DNA of 14,161 bases, from assembly GCA_030601665.1 (NCBI GenBank), contig JAUWBP010000014.1, positions 1-14,161 of the forward strand, written 5' to 3'. The translations under genes and the position numbers were made by a program. The stretch comes from Hadesarchaea archaeon. Lineage in GTDB: Archaea > Hadarchaeota > Hadarchaeia > Hadarchaeales > Hadarchaeaceae. Below, piece by piece: positions 7,573 through 12,907 of the stretch; positions within the stretch are counted from its first letter, which is position 1; each line of letters starts with the position of its first letter. Under the pieces are notes generated by a model. The model did not search any database and was not told the origin of the DNA. It was given only the letters and a program-made list of their open reading frames with translations.

Positions 7573-7630
7573 TTGTCCTCCATATGTTTCCCTTTTTTGG
7601 AAACAAGATTAAATACCTATTGGAAAGGAG

Positions 7631-8509
7631 TCACCTTAGGAATGGAAAAGCTCGTTTTAGGGCTGAGCGTTTGTTTGCTGCCTTTACAATGCGCGCGTCG
7701 ATCGGCACATCCATCTCCGCAGCATGGTGAATAGAGTTGCTCGCGGCCTTCAAGGCCAACCTCGGGACTCCCTTGCTGAATTTGTAGAGCGATTTAAATC
7801 CACTTGGGGTCAATAAACCGCCGTAGTTGGCGCATCCAGCGGTTCTTAGGCGGAGTTCAAGTAATTCCTTGAGGTTTTTCCTGTTCATCGGCCTTAGCTT
7901 GGAATGAACTTGTATGCGGTCAAGTAGCGCGGGCACCTCGGCTAGGAATCGCCGCATCTGTTTGAGCTCACCGTTAAGTAAAATTGAGATATTTGGGATG
8001 TCGGACAGCACGCGCAGGAATTCACTAACCTCGACCACGTCTGCGCCGCTCTCGGGGACGTCGTCAATGATCACCGCCAGCCGCTCCTGGTGCTCATGTG
8101 GCCATCGGCGCAGGATTTCGAAGAGGCTCGCTTGGTCTTTATTGGCGTCCAGCTCCAGCCCCAAGATTATCGCGCGCAGCAGCTCGTCGGCAGATTTGTA
8201 CGTGGCGCCGTGGATGAGGATGGGCAGGACGTGTTTTGAAGGATCGGGTGCGGTTAGGCTTTCATCCCTCAGTGAGGCGGCCAAGAACTTGCAGGCGGTC
8301 GTTTTGCCCATTCCCAGCGCGCCCGTAAGGACGCCGATCTTACCCTCAGACAGCAACCATTTGAGCTTGCGCAGGTCACCTTTTTGAAATGGGGCGAATG
8401 CATCCACCGAGGGTAGTTCGAGATTGAATGGGTCGCCCTGCATCCCCCAACGCTGAAGGTAGCTCTCAAAACGCTCGTCGCGGCCGATTTTTTCCTCGAA
8501 TGTGGTCAT
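7631..8509 (-). CDS. AAA+ ATPase of the ExeA / TniB / Orc1-Cdc6-like clade (AAA_22-like)
   Basis: 292 aa. Walker A GALGMGKT is at 8300..8323 and Walker B LAVIIDDV at 8060..8080. The N-terminal GDPF motif and the SKGVPRLALKAA sensor-2-like motif resemble ExeA-type ATPases. Its ATG overlaps the upstream gene's TGA (ATGA at 8506..8509). Confidence 0.78.
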   Translation of the reverse strand: MTTFEEKIGRDERFESYLQRWGMQGDPFNLELPSVDAFAPFQKGDLRKLKWLLSEGKIGVLTGALGMGKTTACKFLAASLRDESLTAPDPSKHVLPILIHGATYKSADELLRAIILGLELDANKDQASLFEILRRWPHEHQERLAVIIDDVPESGADVVEVSEFLRVLSDIPNISILLNGELKQMRRFLAEVPALLDRIQVHSKLRPMNRKNLKELLELRLRTAGCANYGGLLTPSGFKSLYKFSKGVPRLALKAASNSIHHAAEMDVPIDARIVKAANKRSALKRAFPFLR

Positions 8510-9306
8510 CTCGCTACCTTCACCTGCAGTTCAAACGTTCCATTTTTACTCTTCAGGTAACCGCGAGCGCTCATTCGCTCACAAAATGTCGTCGTGAGCG
8601 CCTCCGGGCAACGGACACGGGAGGCGAGATCTTTTGGGGTGAAGGTTTTTAACACAATAGCTGCCGAGAGAAGGTCTCCGAAAACGGTGCGTTGAGCTAA
8701 TCCAGCAGGTGTGAGCGCGTCGAGGATGGCGTGACGAGGGGCTTCTGTTATCTTTGGAGTGACGGGTGCTGGCCGAATCTCTTCCTTTTTCGTTTTTTCT
8801 GGCTTTGGGACCGTTATTTTCGGAGATATGGGCACTTCGGGCGTTATTTTACGATTTTGGACCTTTGGAGGGGCCCTATGTGCTTCTTGGTGGCATTTCT
8901 GGCAAAGCGTGACCAAATTATCGGGATCGTTCCGGCTCGTTCCGTCTCTATGATGTACTTCGAGTAGCTCTTTCCCACCACATTTCGAGCAAGTGTAGTC
9001 ATCTCTGATAAGAGTAGCTCGTTTTACAAGCTCCCAATCATCTCGTTGGTAGGAAAAGACGTAGCTTAAGAAGTGTGAAAGGTGTTCATCTTGTGGGAAG
9101 GTAGGCTGAGGGGACGACGGAGGCGAAACTACGGACGGTTTTTCCAGCAAACGTTTTATTTCACTCTCAGATATCCTCCTTTGACCCCCCTCTGGACGCA
9201 CGACTTTGATTTTTCCTTCTTTATCCCACCGTCTGATCGTGTTTGGGTGTACCCCAAGTAAGGTGCACGCTTCCTTCATTGCATAGAACTTTTTCAACTC
9301 TGCCAC
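8506..9306 (-). CDS. Multidomain nuclease: N-terminal MerR/excisionase-type HTH (IS607-recombinase-like), central HNH endonuclease, C-terminal winged-helix-like domain
   Basis: 266 aa. The GTG start at 9306 has AGGTGA 4 nt upstream. The HTH is MKEACTLLGVHPNTIRRWDKEGKIKVVRPEGGQRRISESEIKRLL. The HNH is CSKCGGKELLEVHHRDGTSRNDPDNLVTLCQKCHQEAH at 8878..8991. Pro/Lys-rich linkers contain PKIT repeats. The C-terminal segment FTPKDLASRV....ERMSARGYLKSKNGTFELQ looks wHTH-like. Confidence 0.8.
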   Translation of the reverse strand: MAELKKFYAMKEACTLLGVHPNTIRRWDKEGKIKVVRPEGGQRRISESEIKRLLEKPSVVSPPSSPQPTFPQDEHLSHFLSYVFSYQRDDWELVKRATLIRDDYTCSKCGGKELLEVHHRDGTSRNDPDNLVTLCQKCHQEAHRAPPKVQNRKITPEVPISPKITVPKPEKTKKEEIRPAPVTPKITEAPRHAILDALTPAGLAQRTVFGDLLSAAIVLKTFTPKDLASRVRCPEALTTTFCERMSARGYLKSKNGTFELQVKVAR

Positions 9307-9364
9307 TACTTCACCTTTTTTAACAACTCTTCACTTCTCCTAACAAATTAAGTTTTAGTTTTCC

Positions 9365-9372
9365 TTTAAATA
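9365..9372 (-). promoter_or_regulatory. Candidate TATA box (TATTTAAA on the minus strand) for the three-gene cassette
   Basis: Plus-strand tttaaata at 9365..9372 lies about 60 nt upstream of the GTG at 9306. It abuts the 10-bp perfect palindrome tagttaacta at 9371..9380. Confidence 0.4.
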
Positions 9373-9448
9373 GTTAACTATTCATGACTACTCCTGACTG
9401 CAATTAAGGAATTTCTGACTAAAGCTAACAAAATGTGGTTAACAAAAA

Positions 9449-10417
9449 TTAACAAATTCTAGGCGCGGGATCTCCCACGGGCGATTCAAGCAAGCGTCGC
9501 CCCCCGACAACCGTTTCAAGTATGACATCGCCGGGGTGGTCAGTTGTCACTTCACCTATTACACAGGCTTTTTTACCATATTTTGTCTTTAGGACCGCAG
9601 CGAGAACCTCATCGCAGCGCTCGGGTTCAACCCCGATGATTGCCTTACCCTCGTTTGTTATCTGAAGTGGGTCGATGCCCAGCATCTCGCTCATCGACAT
9701 AACTGCGGGCAGAATCGGGATGTCAGCTTCATTCACTAGGATCCCAACTTTCGCCTTCGAGGCCATATCGTTAAGGGCAGCCGCTAAACCTCCACGTGTT
9801 GGATCCTTCATTGCCGTCACTTTGCCTGCTTTAAGAGCAGCTTCGACGGTTTCCCAAAGGGGCGCGACATCCGAGCTAAGGTCAACATCGACGTTGATAC
9901 CTTCCCGGTGAGCTAAAATGCTGACTCCATGGTCTCCGATGGTCCCGGTGACGATGATTTTGTCCCCCGGTTTAAGGCCGTGATCGGTAACTAGGGTTTC
10001 GGCCACACCGATTCCGGTGGTGGTGAGTACTACCCCATCGAGCGCCCCCTGCTCCATGACCTTCGTGTCGCCCGCTATCAACGGGACATTTGCCTCCCGC
10101 GAGGTGGCATCGATCGATCGACAGATTTTCCGGAAATCTTCAACCAAAAATCCCTCTTCGAGCACGACGGCGCACGCCATCGCCAGTGGGCGGGCCCCCA
10201 TCACCGCGAGGTCGTTCACCGTGCCAGCAATCGCGAGCCTGCCTATGTCGCCCCCAGGGAAGAAAAGTGGTTTGACGGTGTGGGAGTCGGTTGTCAGCAC
10301 GAGGGTTTTGTCGCCAAGCGATATCGTAGCTCCATCGTCTAGTTCATCTAGCCCAACCTCTCCCGCACGCTTAAGCGAGAGCTCTTTCAGCGCGACATCT
10401 ACAATTAATTTCATCAT
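9449..10417 (-). CDS. hypE: [NiFe]-hydrogenase maturation protein HypE (carbamoyl dehydratase, PurM/AIR-synthase-like). The 5' end is apparently disrupted (see findings).
   Basis: 322-aa ORF ending in the invariant C-terminal PRIC. It contains TTDSHTVKPLFFPGGDIGRLAIAGTVNDLAVMGARP and GDHG motifs. The conserved N-terminal ISLIHGAGGAAM block is encoded in frame upstream of the track's ATG but has no canonical start codon. Confidence 0.88.
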   Translation of the reverse strand: MMKLIVDVALKELSLKRAGEVGLDELDDGATISLGDKTLVLTTDSHTVKPLFFPGGDIGRLAIAGTVNDLAVMGARPLAMACAVVLEEGFLVEDFRKICRSIDATSREANVPLIAGDTKVMEQGALDGVVLTTTGIGVAETLVTDHGLKPGDKIIVTGTIGDHGVSILAHREGINVDVDLSSDVAPLWETVEAALKAGKVTAMKDPTRGGLAAALNDMASKAKVGILVNEADIPILPAVMSMSEMLGIDPLQITNEGKAIIGVEPERCDEVLAAVLKTKYGKKACVIGEVTTDHPGDVILETVVGGRRLLESPVGDPAPRIC

Positions 10418-10440
10418 CGCCGCGCCGCCGGCCCCATGAA

Positions 10441-10735
10441 TTAGCGAGATTTTTTCATCCGACGTTTTTTAACCCTCTTCTCAAGTTTCACATTTACAAT
10501 TTCGAGCTCAGTACCCGAAGTTAGAGATGCTCCATGCCTGCCGCATTTTGGGCAGGCAATTCCAAGCCCGGGCTCCGGCAGGTGGGTGTCCAAGCTTTTT
10601 CAGCCATAGCCCAAGGGAGCGGGGCTCGTTGATTTCACCCACGCGCAAATTTACCTCAAGGACCCGTGCTCCTCGGCCGGCCGATATTTGGTGGAGGGAC
10701 TTTGACACACGAGTCGCAAGCTCGACCTCATGCAC
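10441..10735 (-). pseudogene. hypA-like paralogue, frame-disrupted and shortened, retaining only one CxxC pair
   Basis: The GTG at 10735 opens MHEVELATRVSKSLHQISAGRGARVLEVNLRVGEINEPRSLGLWLKKL, a HypA N-domain pattern. That frame stops at 10508. A second frame carries the HypA C-terminal signature IACPKCGRHGASLTSGTELEIVNVKLE and ends at the TAA at 10441..10443. The total span of 295 nt is not a multiple of 3. Confidence 0.55.
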
Positions 10736-10955
10736 TGGCTACACCTCGGGTCACTTCCTCCCAAAAGCTGAGGATTTCCTTGGCATCGGTTTCGTCTATT
10801 ACCTGGATGGCGTAGCCCGCGTGGACGAGCACGTAGTCGTCCTTGCGCACGTTCTCGAGCAAGTCTAGCCTGACATCCCGCCGCGCACCGCCAAAATCGA
10901 CGGTCGCGACCTGTTCATCGATTTTCAACACTTTGCCTGGGATCGCGAGACACAT
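10728..10955 (-). CDS. hypC: [NiFe]-hydrogenase maturation chaperone HypC
   Basis: MCLAIPGKVLKIDEQVATVDFGGARRDVRLDLL...DYVLVHAGYAI carries the canonical HypC MCL(A/G)IPG N-terminus with the essential Cys2. The real start is therefore the ATG at 10955 (GGGGGAG upstream), not the track's 10982. The stop overlaps the hypA-like GTG (GTGCATGA). Confidence 0.9.
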   Translation of the reverse strand: MCLAIPGKVLKIDEQVATVDFGGARRDVRLDLLENVRKDDYVLVHAGYAIQVIDETDAKEILSFWEEVTRGVASA

Positions 10956-11027
10956 CCGGCTTCTCCCCCTCGGCCATCTCACTAGATTAACCTTTTCAGT
11001 GCTTTGGGTTTATCTATTGTGGTATTT

Positions 11028-11723
11028 ATGCAGGCGAAATTTGACTTTCACGTGCACACGATGTACTCAGACGGCGTGGGGACGGCCGCGGCGATGGCGG
11101 AGGCGGCAGAGGCACGGGGATTGGAAGCGGTTGCCCTCACCGATCACGGACCAGAGCTGAGCGTGGGCACCCCCCGGGATAAACTCACCCCCATGCTGCA
11201 GGACATCAGGCTGGCGCAGGAGGACGCGGGCATCCCGGTACTAGCCGGCATCGAGGCGAACGTGGTGGACGAGGGGGGAACTATCGATGTAGATGACGAG
11301 TTCATCGGGAAGCTAGACATCTTGGTGGTCGGTATTCACAAGCTAGGGAAGGCTAAGGATTCGGTTGAGCTCGCTAGAGATTACCTGGGGAGGGCAACCC
11401 ATGCGATCGAGCGCCACAAAATCGACATCTTAGCGCACCCGTTTTACTTGTATCGCGATTTGACACCCCACCTTTTACCGGAAGACCTCGAAAATTTCGC
11501 GAGGCTCGCGGCTGAGCGCGGGGCAGCGATGGAAGTTAACATGAAATACCGGGTGCCAGACGAAGAGTTCTTGAGGCTCTGCTTGCGTGAGGGGGTCAAG
11601 CTGAGCATAGGCACCGACGCCCACACCACGGGTGAGGTTGGCAGGGTCGATTGGGCGCTTGGGGTACTCCGGCGCATAGGGGCGAGACGCGAAGAGCTAA
11701 TTTTGGACGGCTTTTTAAGGTGA
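11028..11723 (+). CDS. PHP-domain metal-dependent phosphoesterase (HisJ/YcdX-like family; substrate unknown)
   Basis: Motifs are FDFHVHTMYSDG, ALTDHG, GIEANV, GIHK, LAHPF, EVN and IGTDAHT, the PHP His/Asp metal-ligand series. I prefer the ATG at 11028 (MQAKFDFHVHT) over the track's TTG at 11004. Confidence 0.75.
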   Translation: MQAKFDFHVHTMYSDGVGTAAAMAEAAEARGLEAVALTDHGPELSVGTPRDKLTPMLQDIRLAQEDAGIPVLAGIEANVVDEGGTIDVDDEFIGKLDILVVGIHKLGKAKDSVELARDYLGRATHAIERHKIDILAHPFYLYRDLTPHLLPEDLENFARLAAERGAAMEVNMKYRVPDEEFLRLCLREGVKLSIGTDAHTTGEVGRVDWALGVLRRIGARREELILDGFLR

Positions 11724-12022
11724 GGACGTCGCTCAAAGTTTTTCCTCCTTCAGCTTGTCGACCCAGCCCGATTCCAGATTTAAGGGCGCCCCGAGCGATG
11801 CATGGGTGGTGTCGAGCTTAAATTTTATGGTGAGTTTGGCTCGAAGTTTTAGCTCATGGGTTCGTCGTTAACGAAGTTGCGTTATCTAGGAACTCTATCA
11901 TGTAAAAAAGTGAATCACATAGAACAGAAATATCGCGAGAAAGCTGAGAAGCGAAACCACCATGACTATAAGCATTCATGAAGAATTCTTTAGCAATGCA
12001 CGCCCGCTATTACGAAGTAAAT

Positions 12023-12430
12023 TCAATGATGTACCGCGCCGTTTCCATGGTTGCCCTCTTCCTCAACCTTTAGGCTCTCGCTGGCCGTCACTCCAACCTC
12101 AATTCTAGCCAATCCGAACGACGCGAGGCCCTTGGGTGGCGTTAATTTGAACGACCCGCAATTGTCACAACCGCCTCCCCAGATGAGGTCCTTCGAGCTG
12201 AACTGCTTGCCGCATCTTGTGCACGTAAATTTAGAGTCAAATAAGACCACATCGAATTGAGTCCCTTCCATCTTGGTCCCTTTTTTAGCTATCTCCAGAG
12301 CCCCTGCGAGCGTTTCATCGGAAATGCCATACATTGGATTCAAAATCACCTTGACTCGGGATAGGGGACCGCCTGTGCTGTGCTTTTCGATGGTCTCGAT
12401 TATGCTCTTTGCGACACCATACTCGTGCAT
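12023..12430 (-). CDS. hypA: Hydrogenase nickel-insertion metallochaperone HypA (full length)
   Basis: The MHE N-terminus (Ni site) and two Cys pairs CTRCG...CDNCG (Zn site) are present, with a His-rich tail HGNGAVHH. GAGGAGGT lies 8 nt upstream of the ATG at 12430. Confidence 0.85.
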   Translation of the reverse strand: MHEYGVAKSIIETIEKHSTGGPLSRVKVILNPMYGISDETLAGALEIAKKGTKMEGTQFDVVLFDSKFTCTRCGKQFSSKDLIWGGGCDNCGSFKLTPPKGLASFGLARIEVGVTASESLKVEEEGNHGNGAVHH

Positions 12431-12870
12431 TTTTTAACCTCCTCGAGAACAGCGTCGAGAAATCTCGTGGCCCCCGCTTTGACTTTGGGGGTCATTTCAT
12501 CTCCGAAATGATTATTATCTCTTATTTCCATGGCCAAGATCACAACTTCGTTTGGTAGGCTCAGGCCCAGCTCACGTCCGAAGTACAAGACTTCTCCGAG
12601 CCCCATATTATGTGGATTTTTTGATATGTAACACGTCACGTCTTTGCCTTTGATTCTGTGAATGTAACCAACGGGTTTTTTACTCGTTACCACTGAATCG
12701 ACTAAAATAACCCACCCCCGGTCAACCAAAACATCCAAAAGAGAAAGCCCCATTTCTCCTGTTTCTATCACTTCTACACTAGGGGGGAGGGAGGAGTGAG
12801 AGGCTAGGGCTCTTGTTACCCTGAGGCCTATAGCGTCATCCCGCATTATGTCATTCCCCAGCCCTATCAC
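12400..12870 (-). CDS. Hydrogenase maturation endopeptidase (HycI/HyaD family)
   Basis: IGLGNDIMRDDAIGLRV matches the GN..(M/L)GDD(G/A)(V/A)G motif. VILVDSV (Asp ligand) and NPHNMGL (His ligand) are present. The GTG start at 12870 has GAGAGG upstream. The gene lies immediately downstream of the large subunit and overlaps hypA by 31 nt. Confidence 0.85.
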   Translation of the reverse strand: MIGLGNDIMRDDAIGLRVTRALASHSSLPPSVEVIETGEMGLSLLDVLVDRGWVILVDSVVTSKKPVGYIHRIKGKDVTCYISKNPHNMGLGEVLYFGRELGLSLPNEVVILAMEIRDNNHFGDEMTPKVKAGATRFLDAVLEEVKKCTSMVSQRA

Positions 12871-12907
12871 AACGCCTCTCGTGAGTTAACCCCCTTGGAA
12901 CAAAACG

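Noticed and set aside
7914-8387. 157-aa plus-strand ORF inside the AAA+ ATPase gene, and similar antisense ORFs (5442..5843, 5937..6275, 8731..8967, 10017..10439, 13734..14140)
   Set aside because: They are antisense to genes with clear catalytic motifs. Their composition is Ser/Arg/Pro-biased, which is characteristic of non-coding frames.
9373-9378. Recurrent GTTAAC cores (9373, 9438, about 11868, 12886) as a possible shared motif
   Set aside because: Four occurrences of a hexamer in 14 kb is about the random expectation. Only the two 10-bp palindromes (9371..9380 and tcgttaacga in the 11724..12022 spacer) are individually notable.
11855-11885. tRNA-like GGTTCG T-arm motif (catgggttcgtcgttaacgaa)
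   Set aside because: No complementary T-stem, acceptor stem or anticodon arm can be built around it. It is an isolated motif match.
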